48,123 nt of DNA from Acidobacteriota bacterium (GCA_027451805.1 DAIDIF010000053.1:1-48123); one strand, 5' to 3'; counted from the stretch's first letter, positions 9,307-19,358 are shown. Program-made: numbers and translations. The notes: generated by a model from the letters alone, not told the origin.

Positions 9307-10107
9307 CTACGTCGTCAGAAACTGCTTGAGGTACGCGTCCCCGCTCCCGCGCAGCGCCTGCAGCGGCCCGTCGAACAGCACCCGGCGCTGGTGCAGCACC
9401 AGAAACGAGGTGGCGTGATCCTCCGCCGCCGCCGCGCGCAGCGCGTTGGCCTCCGGATCCCAGCAATGCGTCGCCATCAGGAACCCGTCCTGCAGCCGGT
9501 GCGTCACCAGCAGCGCCGTCACCCGGTTCACGTCCCGCAGCCGGATGATCTGCTCCATGATGTTGGTCGCCGTGATCGGATCCAGCCCGCCGGTGGGCGA
9601 GTCGTAGAGCAGAATTTCGGGTTCGGTGGAGAGCGCGCGCGCGATCGACACCCGCCGCTGCATGCCGCCCGAGAGCTCGGCCGGCATCTTGTCGATCGCC
9701 TCCTCCAGCTCCACCGCCGCCAGGCAGGCCCGCACCCGAGCTTCGATCTCGTCTTCGCTCAGCCGCCGCTCCTCCTCCAGCCGGTAGGCCACGTTCTCGC
9801 GCACCGTGAGCGAGTCGAACAGCGCGCTCTCCTGAAACACGATGCCGATCCGCCGCCGCAGCGCGTACAGCTCCCGCTCCGGCAGCCGGCTCACTGCCTC
9901 CCCCAGCACCTCCACCCGCCCCGCGTCCGGGCGCAGCAGCCAGATCGCCAGCTTCAGCACCACCGACTTGCCCGCCCCGGTCTCGCCCAGCAACACTTTG
10001 GTCTCGCTGCGCCGCACCGCGAAGCTCACGTCCTCCAGCACCGGCTGTGCGTCGAACCCCAGGCTGACGCGGTCGAATTCGATCAGCGTGGGCCGGGGCA
10101 ACGCCAT
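9307..10107 (-). CDS. ABC transporter ATP-binding protein, MlaF/Mkl family
   Basis: Walker A GETGAGKS, FQESALFDSLTVRENV, signature LSGGMQRR, Walker B LLYDSPTGGLDP; next to a MlaE-type permease. Confidence 0.9.
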   Translation of the reverse strand: MALPRPTLIEFDRVSLGFDAQPVLEDVSFAVRRSETKVLLGETGAGKSVVLKLAIWLLRPDAGRVEVLGEAVSRLPERELYALRRRIGIVFQESALFDSLTVRENVAYRLEEERRLSEDEIEARVRACLAAVELEEAIDKMPAELSGGMQRRVSIARALSTEPEILLYDSPTGGLDPITATNIMEQIIRLRDVNRVTALLVTHRLQDGFLMATHCWDPEANALRAAAAEDHATSFLVLHQRRVLFDGPLQALRGSGDAYLKQFLTT

Positions 10108-10117
10108 GGCGCGCGCC

Positions 10118-10930
10118 TCAGGCGCCGAAGATGCCGATCAGCACCCGGCTGATGAGGAAGTCGCTGAGAATGATCAGCACCGACGCCGCCACCACCGAGG
10201 TCGTGGTGGCCTTGCCGACGCCCCGCGTCCCTCCCCGCGCCGACATGCCGTAGTAGCAGCCCACCGCCGCCACGATCGTGCCGAACACCACCGGCTTGAT
10301 CAACCCCTGGCTGATGTCGGTGGCCGCCAGCGACTGCATCGCCGTATACCAGTACTGGCGCGGATCCAGGCCCAGCGAGAAGACCGCGTAGAGGAACCCC
10401 CCGATCAGCCCGCACAGATCGGCGACGATCGCCAGGAAGAACATCATCACGATCGTGCCCAGCAGCCGCGGTGTCACCAGCTTCTTCACCGGATCGGTGC
10501 CCAGCGCCCGCATCGCGTCCACCTGCTCGGTCACCACCATCGAGCCCAGCTCGCTCGCCATGCCGGCCGAGTTGCGCCCCGCCACCATCAGTCCGGTCAG
10601 CACCGGCCCCAACTCGCGCACCAGCGACAGCGCCACCAGTTGCCCGGTGCGCTCGATCTGGCCGTACTGGTTGAGCGTCGCCGCCAGCTGCAGCGCCATC
10701 ACCGCCCCGGTGAAGAAGCCGGTCAGCACCACGATCGGCAGTGAGCCCACCCCGATGGCGTCCATCTGCAACAGCAGGTCGCCGCCATAAAACGGGCGCG
10801 CGAACATGTTGCGGAAGGCGGTGCCGGTGAAGCTGGAGAAGGCGCCCAGGCCCTCGAGCTGCCGCCGCCCCCAGACGGCCAGCGGCCAGGCACCCGATTC
10901 TTCGCCTTGCGGCGGCGCGATGGCGGCCAA
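10118..10930 (-). CDS. ABC transporter permease, MlaE family
   Basis: VRELGPVLTGLMVAGR, ELGSMVVTEQVDAMRALGTDP, GVGKATTTSVV; TTG start with AGGAGG upstream. Confidence 0.92.
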   Translation of the reverse strand: MAAIAPPQGEESGAWPLAVWGRRQLEGLGAFSSFTGTAFRNMFARPFYGGDLLLQMDAIGVGSLPIVVLTGFFTGAVMALQLAATLNQYGQIERTGQLVALSLVRELGPVLTGLMVAGRNSAGMASELGSMVVTEQVDAMRALGTDPVKKLVTPRLLGTIVMMFFLAIVADLCGLIGGFLYAVFSLGLDPRQYWYTAMQSLAATDISQGLIKPVVFGTIVAAVGCYYGMSARGGTRGVGKATTTSVVAASVLIILSDFLISRVLIGIFGA

Positions 10931-11016
10931 TTTAGCTCCTCCTGCCCGAATCTAGCATACCCGCGCGGGGGCCGCGCCGCGCCGGGCGCCCCCAAGGTAA
11001 ACTGAAACCCCGCACC

Positions 11017-12189
11017 ATGCTCGCCCTCTCCACCGCCGGCGAATCCCACGGCCAGGCCGTGCTGGCGCTGCTCTCCGGCCTGCCCGCCGGGGTGCCGCTC
11101 GACGCTGCCTTCGTGGCGCGCGAGCTCTGGCGCCGGCAGCAGGGCTACGGCCGCGGCGGCCGCATGAAGCTCGAGCGCGACACTCCCGAGTTCCTCGCCG
11201 GCGTGCGCAACGGTTGCACCATCGGGTCGCCGGTGGCGATCCAGGTCGCCAATCGCGACTGGGAGAACTGGAAGCAGACCCTGGCGGTGGAATCGCCCGC
11301 GGGCGACGCTGCCCGCCCCGTCGCCAGCCCCCGCCCCGGCCACGCCGACCTCGCCGGCGCGCTCAAGTACAACTTCCCCGAGGCCCGCTACGTGCTCGAG
11401 CGCGCCAGCCCGCGCGAGACCACCGCCCGCGTCGCCGCCGGCGCCATGGCCAAGCTCCTGCTGCGCCAGCTCGGCATCGAAGTCCTCAGCCACGTCACCG
11501 CCGTCGGCGCCGCCTCCCTGCCGCCCGGCGCCGAAGTCACCCGCGACCGGCTGCGCGCGCTGGCGGCGCGCGAGCAGGTGCTGCTGCACTGCCTGGACGC
11601 CGAGGCCGAAGCCGCTATGAAGGCGGAAGTAGATCACGCCCTGCGCACCGGCGACACCGCCGGCGGCGTATTCGAGGTGCGCGCCTACGGCCTTCCCCCC
11701 GGCCTGGGCACTTGCGCCAACTGGGACGAGCGCCTCGATGGCCGGCTGGCGCAGGCGCTGATGTCCATCCCGGCGGTCAAGGCCGTCGAGATCGGTGATG
11801 GCGTCACCGTCGCCGCCGCCCCCGGCTCGGCCGCCCAGGACCCCATCGGCTACGACCGTGAGCAGTCGCGCTTTACCCGCAGCGGCAACCACGCCGGCGG
11901 CCTCGAAGGCGGCATGACCAACGGTGAGGAACTCGTCCTCCGCGGCTACCTCAAGCCCATCTCCACCCTCCGCCGCCCCTTGGCCAGCGTGGCCTTCGCC
12001 ACCCGCGAGCCGGTCCAGGCCGCCTACGAACGCTCCGACGTTTGTGTCGTGCCCGCCGCCGCCGTGGTGGCCGAGGCCATGGTCGCCTTTGTCCTCGCCC
12101 AGGCCGCGCTCGAGAAGTTCGGCGGCGACTCTGTGCTCGAGCTGCTCCGCAATTACAATCAATATGGCGAGCAGGTGCGTGCCTACTGA
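11017..12189 (+). CDS. aroC: Chorismate synthase
   Basis: TAGESHG, RRQQGYGRGGRM, PRPGHADL, GGLEGGMTNG, KPISTL, ERSDVC. Confidence 0.96.
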   Translation: MLALSTAGESHGQAVLALLSGLPAGVPLDAAFVARELWRRQQGYGRGGRMKLERDTPEFLAGVRNGCTIGSPVAIQVANRDWENWKQTLAVESPAGDAARPVASPRPGHADLAGALKYNFPEARYVLERASPRETTARVAAGAMAKLLLRQLGIEVLSHVTAVGAASLPPGAEVTRDRLRALAAREQVLLHCLDAEAEAAMKAEVDHALRTGDTAGGVFEVRAYGLPPGLGTCANWDERLDGRLAQALMSIPAVKAVEIGDGVTVAAAPGSAAQDPIGYDREQSRFTRSGNHAGGLEGGMTNGEELVLRGYLKPISTLRRPLASVAFATREPVQAAYERSDVCVVPAAAVVAEAMVAFVLAQAALEKFGGDSVLELLRNYNQYGEQVRAY

Positions 12190-12204
12190 GCCTCCGCCCA
12201 ACGC

Positions 12205-12723
12205 ATGCCCAAGCTTTATCCCATCGTCAAGTTTCCCGATCCCATCCTCACCACCCCCGCCGCGCCGGTGGCCGAGTTCGACACCCCCGGGCTGCACGCC
12301 TTGATTGACGATATGTTTGCCTCCATGTACGCCGCCGCCGGCGTCGGCCTGGCGGCGCCGCAGATCGGCTTGGGGCAGCGCCTGACGGTGATTGACTGCA
12401 GCACCGGCGAAGATCCGGCGCAGAAGTTGGTGCTCATCAACCCCGTGGTCACCCGCCGCCAGGGCAAGCAGACCGGCGAGGAGGGCTGCCTCAGCGTGCC
12501 CGGCTTTCGCGCCGACGTCACCCGCGCCATGGCGGTCACCGTGCGCGCCCAGAATGCCCGCGGCGAATGGTTTGAGGCCGCCGGCGAGGAACTGCTGGCG
12601 CGCGCCATCCAGCACGAGGTGGATCACCTCAACGGCATTCTTTTCCTCTCCCACCTGAGCACGCTGAAGCGCGACCTGATCAAGCGCAAAATCCGCAAGC
12701 TGCAGCAGGACGGCGAGTGGTAG
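12205..12723 (+). CDS. def: Peptide deformylase
   Basis: GVGLAAPQ, EGCLS, QHEVDHLNG motifs. Confidence 0.96.
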   Translation: MPKLYPIVKFPDPILTTPAAPVAEFDTPGLHALIDDMFASMYAAAGVGLAAPQIGLGQRLTVIDCSTGEDPAQKLVLINPVVTRRQGKQTGEEGCLSVPGFRADVTRAMAVTVRAQNARGEWFEAAGEELLARAIQHEVDHLNGILFLSHLSTLKRDLIKRKIRKLQQDGEW

Positions 12724-12733
12724 CCCCGTTCCC

Positions 12734-12892
12734 TTACCGGTGCAGCAGCAGGATCTCGATCGCCGCCACGGCCGGATAGCGCTGGCCTAAGGCGCGGTTG
12801 GCGACGGCCACGCCGGCGCGCAATGGCCCGGCTGCCACCACCGCGAGGAGGAGCAGCAGCAGCAGATTCCGAATGGAAGCGCGCCGGGCCAT
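12734..12892 (-). CDS. Putative 52-aa small membrane or secreted protein
   Basis: ATG 12892 preceded by GAGGG; MARRASIRNLLLLLLLAVVAAG signal-like N-terminus; fills the def-deacetylase gap. Confidence 0.45.
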   Translation of the reverse strand: MARRASIRNLLLLLLLAVVAAGPLRAGVAVANRALGQRYPAVAAIEILLLHR

Positions 12893-13022
12893 GTCGCCCT
12901 CTACCGCTGCAGCCCGTCGGCCATTCCGCAACCCGCTGATAAAAAGCAACTTGCCCCTTCCCTCGTGAGCCCGCGGTGTCCGCTTTCGCACGCTTCGGGA
13001 GCGGAAGCGGACATAATCGAAC

Positions 13023-13757
13023 ATGCGCCGCATCCTCTGCATCTCCGCCCACCCCGACGATGAGGCGGCGGCCTTCGGCGGGAGCGTCTCGCTCTACTCA
13101 GCCCATGGTGTTCACTGCCGCTTGGTCTGCCTCACCGCCGGCGAGGCCGCGCGCAACCGCGGCGGCGCCGCCGACAACGCTGCTCTGCAGGCCTTGCGCC
13201 GCGCCGAGCTGGCCCACTCCTGCAAGCTGCTCGGCTTCGCCCGGCATGAGGTCTGGGACCTGCCCGACGCGCACCTGGCCGAAGCCGATTTCTACACCAC
13301 GGTGGGCCGGCTGGTCGCCGTAATCCGCGACTACCGCCCCAACCTGATGCTCAGTTTTGGTCCGGAAGGCTCCGTCACCGGCCACCCCGACCACGCCATG
13401 GCCGGCACCTTCGCCACCGCCGCGTTCCACTATGCGGCACAACAGCGTCCGTTTCCCGGAACCGAAGACCTGCCGGCGTTCCAGGTATCCCGCCTGTTGT
13501 ATTCGACCGCCGCCTTCCAACCGCCCGATTTCCCCAAACTGTTTCTGCCTCCGCCCGACGTTGCCGTGCCGGTCGCTGCCTGGGTCGAGCGCAAGATCCA
13601 GGCTTTTCGCTGCCATGCCACCCAGGCCCCGCTCTTCGAGCGGGTGGAGACGTTTCTGCGCTTGGCCGGCGGGCGCGAGCTGTTTCACCTCGCCGCCGGT
13701 GTCCCCTTGCCCTCCACCGGCGCCGTGGACGACCTCTGGGCGGGCTTGGACGAATAG
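13023..13757 (+). CDS. PIG-L/LmbE family N-acetyl-sugar deacetylase (BshB/MshB-like)
   Basis: ISAHPDDE, LTAGE, RRAEL, GHPDH, CHATQ motifs. Confidence 0.9.
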   Translation: MRRILCISAHPDDEAAAFGGSVSLYSAHGVHCRLVCLTAGEAARNRGGAADNAALQALRRAELAHSCKLLGFARHEVWDLPDAHLAEADFYTTVGRLVAVIRDYRPNLMLSFGPEGSVTGHPDHAMAGTFATAAFHYAAQQRPFPGTEDLPAFQVSRLLYSTAAFQPPDFPKLFLPPPDVAVPVAAWVERKIQAFRCHATQAPLFERVETFLRLAGGRELFHLAAGVPLPSTGAVDDLWAGLDE

Positions 13758-13797
13758 GCTATAATGGTTCTATCTCACTGATTCCGCGAACGTTACA

Positions 13798-14868
13798 ATG
13801 TTCGACAAGCTGCAACAACTGGAGTCGCAGTACGACGCGCTGACCGCCCAGCTCGCCTCGCCCGAGGTGATCGGCGACAGCGCCCGCTACCAGAAGGCCG
13901 CCCGCGCCCACGCCGAGTTGCAGCCCACGGTGGACGAGTTCCGCCGCTTCCGCCACCTGCAGCAGCAGGCGGCCGACGCCCGCCAGATGCTCCACGACGA
14001 CGATCCCGAGCTGCGCAAACTGGCCGGCGAAGAACTCCAGCACCTCGATCCCGCGGCGGTGGAAAGTGAACAGCGGCTGCGCGAGCTGCTCTTGCCCAAG
14101 GATCCCAACGACGAGAAGAACGTGGTTTTGGAGATTCGCGCCGGCACCGGCGGCGACGAAGCCACGCTCTTCGCCGCCGAGATGTTCCGCATGTACTGCC
14201 GTTTCGCCGAGCAGCAGAAATGGCGCGTCGAGGTGCTCTCCACCAGCGAGAGCGGCGTGCACGGCCTCAAGGAGGTGGTGGCCATCGTCGAAGGCCGCGG
14301 CGCCTACAGTCAGCTCAAGCACGAAAGCGGCGTGCATCGCGTGCAGCGCGTGCCCGCCACCGAGCAGCAGGGCCGCGTCCACACCTCGGCGGTGACGGTC
14401 GCGGTGCTGCCCGAGGCGGAGGAAGTGGACGTCAGGATCGACCCCAAGGACATCCGCATTGACACCTTCTGTTCCTCCGGCCCCGGCGGGCAGTCGGTCA
14501 ACACCACCTACTCGGCGGTGCGCATCACCCACCTCCCCACCGGCCTGATCGTCTCCTGCCAGGACGAGAAATCGCAGATCAAGAACCGCGCCAAGGCGGA
14601 GCGCGTGCTGCGCTCGCGCCTGCTGGAGCTGGAACAGGAAAAGCAGCACCAGGCGATCGCCGCCGAGCGCAAGCAGCAGGTGGGCAGCGGCGACCGCAGC
14701 GAGAAGATCCGCACCTACAACTTTCCTCAGAACCGCGTCACCGACCATCGCGCCGGCGTCAGCCTGCACCAGCTTGCCGACGTCATGGACGGCAAGCTGC
14801 AGCCCCTGCTGCAGGCGGTGAGCGCTTACTTCCAGGCCGAGCGCCTGAAGCAGCAGTCCGCCGCCTGA
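13798..14868 (+). CDS. prfA: Peptide chain release factor 1
   Basis: [21 protein letters not shown] (PxT of RF1), [22 protein letters not shown]. Confidence 0.97.
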   Translation: MFDKLQQLESQYDALTAQLASPEVIGDSARYQKAARAHAELQPTVDEFRRFRHLQQQAADARQMLHDDDPELRKLAGEELQHLDPAAVESEQRLRELLLPKDPNDEKNVVLEIRAGTGGDEATLFAAEMFRMYCRFAEQQKWRVEVLSTSESGVHGLKEVVAIVEGRGAYSQLKHESGVHRVQRVPATEQQGRVHTSAVTVAVLPEAEEVDVRIDPKDIRIDTFCSSGPGGQSVNTTYSAVRITHLPTGLIVSCQDEKSQIKNRAKAERVLRSRLLELEQEKQHQAIAAERKQQVGSGDRSEKIRTYNFPQNRVTDHRAGVSLHQLADVMDGKLQPLLQAVSAYFQAERLKQQSAA

Positions 14869-14895
14869 GGGCGGCGGCGGCGCGGCCCCAATGGC

Positions 14896-16251
14896 ATGAG
14901 CGCGGCGGGCGAGTGGCGGCGGCGGATTCCCGGCGTGGATGAGCTGTTGCGCCGGCCCGCGCTCGCGCCGCTGTGGGCGGAGCTGGGCCCGGCGCGGGCC
15001 CGGGCCGTGATTCAGCAGGTGCTGGCCGCGCTGCGCGCGGCGCCGGCGGAAGACGGCTTGGCCCAACTCGACGCCGCCCTGCACGCTGCGGCGCGGCCGC
15101 GCCTGGCGCCGTCGCAGCGCCCGGTGATCAACGCCACCGGCGTCATCCTGCACACCAACCTGGGCCGCGCCCCGCTGGCCCCGGCCGCGGTCGCGCGTCT
15201 GGCCGAGGTCGCGGCCAACTACACCAACCTCGAGTTCGATCTTGCCACCGGCCGGCGCGCCCGGCGCGACCGCCACCTCGACGGCTTGCTGGCCGAGCTC
15301 ACCGGCGCCGAGGCCGGCTTGGTGGTCAACAACAACGCCGCCGCTGTCATGCTGGCGCTGAACACGCTCGCCCGCGATCTCGCCGGCGAAATCCTGATCT
15401 CACGCGGCGAGCTGGTGGAGATCGGCGAGAGCTTCCGCATTGCCGACATCGTCGCCCGCGGCGGCGCCCGGCTGGTGGAGGTGGGCGCGACCAACCGCAC
15501 CCGGCTCGACGATTACGCCCACGCGATCACGCCCCACACCCGCGTCATTCTGCGTGTGCACCGCTCCAACTTCGTCCAGCGCGGCTACGTCGGCCAGCCC
15601 CCGCTGGCCGAGCTGGCGAAGTTGGCGCGCGCGCGCCGCCTGCCGTTGGTGGCCGACCTGGGCAGCGGCTGCCTCGCGCCCTTGCCCGGCCTGCCCCAGG
15701 AGCCGGGGGTGCGCGCCAGCCTCGAGGCCGGTGCCGATCTCGTTACCTACAGCGGCGACAAGCTGCTCGGCGGCCCGCAGGCCGGCCTGATCAGCGGCCG
15801 CGCCGCCCTCATCGCGCGGCTGCGGGCCAACCCCATGTTCCGCGCCCTGCGCCTGGACAAGCTGCGCCTCGCCGCGCTGGAGGCGACCCTCGCCCTGCAC
15901 GCGCGCCAGGCGTGGGAGGCGCTGCCGGTCACCGCCATGGCCCGGGGCGAAGGCTTGGAAGCGCGCACCCGCGCCCTGGCGGCGCGCCTGCCGCCCTCTC
16001 TCGGCGCTGAAATCCAGCCCGCCGCCTCGCTGCTCGGCGGCGGCTCGGCCCCCGACGCCGCCCTCCCCGGCGTCGTGATCGCCCTACCGTCGGCGCTGGC
16101 GCCCCGGCTCAGCCGCCAGACCCCGGCGGTGGTGGCGCGCCTCGAGGATGGCCGCTGCCTGCTCGACTTGCGCACCGTGCTGCCGGCGCAGGAGGACAGC
16201 CTGCTGCAGGCGGTGGCGTCCGCCGCCAGGGACTGGAAAGCGGTAAAATGA
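14896..16251 (+). CDS. selA: L-seryl-tRNA(Sec) selenium transferase
   Basis: VINATGVILHTNLGRAPL, VVNNNAAAV, SRGELVEIG, EVGATNRT, DLGSG, SGDKLLGGPQAG (PLP lysine). Confidence 0.93.
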   Translation: MSAAGEWRRRIPGVDELLRRPALAPLWAELGPARARAVIQQVLAALRAAPAEDGLAQLDAALHAAARPRLAPSQRPVINATGVILHTNLGRAPLAPAAVARLAEVAANYTNLEFDLATGRRARRDRHLDGLLAELTGAEAGLVVNNNAAAVMLALNTLARDLAGEILISRGELVEIGESFRIADIVARGGARLVEVGATNRTRLDDYAHAITPHTRVILRVHRSNFVQRGYVGQPPLAELAKLARARRLPLVADLGSGCLAPLPGLPQEPGVRASLEAGADLVTYSGDKLLGGPQAGLISGRAALIARLRANPMFRALRLDKLRLAALEATLALHARQAWEALPVTAMARGEGLEARTRALAARLPPSLGAEIQPAASLLGGGSAPDAALPGVVIALPSALAPRLSRQTPAVVARLEDGRCLLDLRTVLPAQEDSLLQAVASAARDWKAVK

Positions 16252-16325
16252 AAGACCTTGCGGCCGAGGTGCAACCTCGCTTGGCGCGATGTCGTATTTG
16301 CAATAGCACACTGGAGACCCCTGCC

Positions 16326-16994
16326 ATGGCATCTCGCGCCATCTCTGTCGCCGCCCGCCTCGCGCTGGCCGCCGCCTTCTGCGCCCCCTGGGCCGCGGCC
16401 CAGGCCACGCCGCCCCAATTGCCCGGCGGCGCCACCACCGCCACTCCTGCGATGCCCTTGCCGGCCGAGGGCACCACGGCGCTTACCGGCGCCATCATGC
16501 AGCGCCTCTCCAACGATCCGGTGCTGGGTTCGCAGACCATCACGGCCAATGTCGGCAAGGCCGGCTTGGTCACCCTCAACGGCGTCGTTCCTCAGGAAGC
16601 CTATGCCACCCGCGCGGTCGCGTTGGTGAAGTCCATCCCCGGCGTCTCCGGGGTCAATGACCAGATCTTGGTGAATCAGGACTCGTTCGCTCCCCCGCCG
16701 CCGCAGGAAAGCACCGCCCTCCCCCTCACCACCGCCTTGCCGCCCCCGCCCGCCGCCACCGACCCCCAGGCCCGCATCGCCGATGCCCTGGCCAAGGTGC
16801 CGGCGCTCGCGCGCGTCTCCGCTCAAATCTACGACCAAAAGGTGGTGCTCTTCGGCACCGTCGCCAGCGATCAGGCGAAACAGCAAGCCGAGCGCATCGT
16901 GCGCTCCATCGTGCCCCGGATGCCGCTGGTGAACATCATCTGGAAGGACTCCCACCCCCTCGCCCCGCCCCCGCTGGTCCCGCAGAACGGCTAA
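16326..16994 (+). CDS. Exported protein with two BON domains
   Basis: Signal peptide from ATG 16326 (GGAG upstream); BON patterns GLVTLNGVV...IPGVSGVNDQILV and KVVLFGTV; Pro-rich linker. Confidence 0.8.
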   Translation: MASRAISVAARLALAAAFCAPWAAAQATPPQLPGGATTATPAMPLPAEGTTALTGAIMQRLSNDPVLGSQTITANVGKAGLVTLNGVVPQEAYATRAVALVKSIPGVSGVNDQILVNQDSFAPPPPQESTALPLTTALPPPPAATDPQARIADALAKVPALARVSAQIYDQKVVLFGTVASDQAKQQAERIVRSIVPRMPLVNIIWKDSHPLAPPPLVPQNG

Positions 16995-16999
16995 GCCGG

Positions 17000-18370
17000 C
17001 TATTCCTCCGCCCCGAACCCCGCCGCCAGGTTCTCAAACCGCGTGTAGTCGTGCAGGAAGGCCAGCTTGAGCGCGTCAATCGGGCCGTTGCGCTGCTTGG
17101 CGATGATCACCTTGGCCTTGCCCTTTTCCTCCGCATCGTCGGGATGGTAGACCTCGTGCCGGTAGATGAACATCACCAGGTCGGCGTCCTGCTCGATCGC
17201 GCCTGACTCGCGCAGATCGCTCAGAATGGGCTCGTGATTGCCCGGCCGCTGCTCCGGCGCGCGGCTCAACTGCGACAGCACCACCACCGGCGTGTTCAGC
17301 TCCTTGGCCAGCAGCTTCAGCCCGCGCGACATCGCGCTCACCTCCAGGTTGCGGTTCTCCGCCTTGCCCGCCGAGCCCATGAGCTGCAGGTAATCCACCA
17401 CCACCAGGTCGAGCGTGCGCGCCGGCTGCTGCGTCGCCAACTCGGCCGCCAGCCGCCGGCACTTGGCCCGGATGGCGGTCAGGTCGGTGCCCGAGGAGTC
17501 GTCGATATAGATGCCCGACTGCGCCAGCCGCCCGGCGGCGGCGGTGAGCTTGCTGATGTCTTCCCGCCCCAGAAAGCCGCTGCGCAGCTTGTGGGCGTTG
17601 ACCCGCGCGGTCGAACACAGCATGCGCAGCACCAGTTGCACCTTCGACATCTCCAGGCTGAACACCGCGGCGATCTTGCCCTCGGCCAGCGCCGCATGCT
17701 CGACGATGTTCATCGCGAACGAGGTCTTGCCCATCGACGGCCGCCCGGCGACGATGATCAGATCGGCCGCCTGCAGCCCGGCGGTGAGCTGGTCCAGCTC
17801 CTTGAACCCGGTTGCCAGCCCGCTGATCTCGGCTCCACGCAGCTTGTCCAGCTTCTCCAGCACCGCCCCCGTCATGGCGCCGATGCTGGTCAACCCCTGC
17901 TGCTCGCGGCTGGCGGCGATGGCAAAAAAGCGCTGCTGCGCCAGCTCCAGCACCGCCGGTCCGCCCTCGCCCGCCAGCACCGCCTGCGTCACCTCGTTCG
18001 CCGCCGCCAGGCACTGGCGCTCGATCGCCCGCTCCTTGACGATCTGGGCGTAGTGTAGGGCGTTGACCCCGCGCGGCAAACCGTCGGTGAGCGTGGTCAG
18101 GTAGACGTGCCCGCCCACCGCCTCCAGGTCGTGGCTGCGGCTCAGCGCCTCGCCCAGGGTGATGAAGTCCACCGCGATGTTGGCCTGCGCCAGCTCGCGG
18201 ATGGCGCGGTAGATCTTGCGGTGGCTCTCCAGGTGGAAGTCGTCCGGGTCGAGCAGCTCCGCCGTCTCGTAATAGTGAAAACCGTCGAGCAGGATGGCCC
18301 CCAGCAGCGAACGCTCCGCCAGCAGATTCGCCGGCAGCCCCTGCATCGAGAGTTGGTCGCTGATTGCCAT
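17000..18370 (-). CDS. dnaB: Replicative DNA helicase
   Basis: AERSLLGAIL, GRPSMGKT, FSLEMS, VDYLQLM, LSQLSR, SDLRESGAIEQDAD, IAKQRNGP. Confidence 0.97.
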   Translation of the reverse strand: MAISDQLSMQGLPANLLAERSLLGAILLDGFHYYETAELLDPDDFHLESHRKIYRAIRELAQANIAVDFITLGEALSRSHDLEAVGGHVYLTTLTDGLPRGVNALHYAQIVKERAIERQCLAAANEVTQAVLAGEGGPAVLELAQQRFFAIAASREQQGLTSIGAMTGAVLEKLDKLRGAEISGLATGFKELDQLTAGLQAADLIIVAGRPSMGKTSFAMNIVEHAALAEGKIAAVFSLEMSKVQLVLRMLCSTARVNAHKLRSGFLGREDISKLTAAAGRLAQSGIYIDDSSGTDLTAIRAKCRRLAAELATQQPARTLDLVVVDYLQLMGSAGKAENRNLEVSAMSRGLKLLAKELNTPVVVLSQLSRAPEQRPGNHEPILSDLRESGAIEQDADLVMFIYRHEVYHPDDAEEKGKAKVIIAKQRNGPIDALKLAFLHDYTRFENLAAGFGAEE

Positions 18371-18461
18371 GGATGCGCAATTGTAGAACCGCGCCCGCCC
18401 GCCTCTTCAGCTTTAGTTTTGCACGCGATTCCCACACCCGGGTGTGTAAAACTGATGCGGC

Positions 18462-19358
18462 ATGCCCTACAACCTGCGCTTCGTGAGCGTGCTGTTCGCC
18501 AGCGCGCTGGTCGCCGGTTTCTTCGGCGCCCTGCTCGGCGTGGGCGGTGGCATCTTCATCGTCCCCGCGTTGGTCCTGATGTTCAAACTGCCGGTGAAGC
18601 TGGCGGTCGCCGCCAGCCTGGTCTCGGTCATCGCCACCAGCAACGCCGGCGGTTCCAGCTACGTCGAGCAGCGCATCACCAACCTCAAACTCGGGATGTT
18701 CCTCGAAGTGGCGACCACCATCGGCGCCCTGTCGGGCAGCGTGCTGGCGCTCTACCTGCGCGAGTGGATCATGCTGCTGCTGTTCGCCGCGCTCCTGCTC
18801 TACATGTCCTACACCGCCTTCGTCACCCGCAAGCTCGACGACCGCCAGATCGCCGCCGGCGGCTTCACCGGCGCCCGGCCGGACGCGGTCTCGCGCTGGC
18901 TCGCGCTCGACGGCACGTACGAGGACCACGCCCTTCACAAGCGCGTGGACTACGTCGTCAAGGGGACCGGCGTCGGCCTGGGCGTCTCCTGGCTCGCCGG
19001 CATGGCCAGCGGCCTGCTCGGCGTCGGCGGCGGCGTGCTCAAGGTCAGCGCCATGAACCGCTACATGAATGTGCCCATGAAGGCCGCGGTCGGCACCAGC
19101 AAGATGATGATCGGCGTCACCGCCGCGGTGGGCTCCATTCTGTTCTATCTCGCCGGCTTGATCCAGTTCTTCGTGGTCGCGCCGGTGGCGCTGGGCACCA
19201 CCGTGGGCGCCGAGATCGGCACCCGCGTCATGAACAAACTGCGCTCGGCGGTGCTCAAGGCGGTCTTCGCCGTGCTCATGCTCTACCTCGCCTACGGCAT
19301 GCTCGCCAAGGCGCTGGCGCTGCGCTTCCACGTCATGCTGCCGAACCTGGGGAGCTAG
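18462..19358 (+). CDS. Sulfite exporter TauE/SafE (TSUP) family membrane protein
   Basis: Duplicated G(A/L)LLGVGGG motifs, multiple hydrophobic helices, PMKAAVGTS. Confidence 0.88.
   Translation: MPYNLRFVSVLFASALVAGFFGALLGVGGGIFIVPALVLMFKLPVKLAVAASLVSVIATSNAGGSSYVEQRITNLKLGMFLEVATTIGALSGSVLALYLREWIMLLLFAALLLYMSYTAFVTRKLDDRQIAAGGFTGARPDAVSRWLALDGTYEDHALHKRVDYVVKGTGVGLGVSWLAGMASGLLGVGGGVLKVSAMNRYMNVPMKAAVGTSKMMIGVTAAVGSILFYLAGLIQFFVVAPVALGTTVGAEIGTRVMNKLRSAVLKAVFAVLMLYLAYGMLAKALALRFHVMLPNLGS

Noticed and set aside
14869-16330. tRNA-Sec (selC) or other tRNA near selA
   Set aside because: Intergenic gaps are short and no cloverleaf or T-loop pattern was seen.
17000-18370. Intein in DnaB
   Set aside because: Length (456 aa) is normal and the motifs are contiguous.
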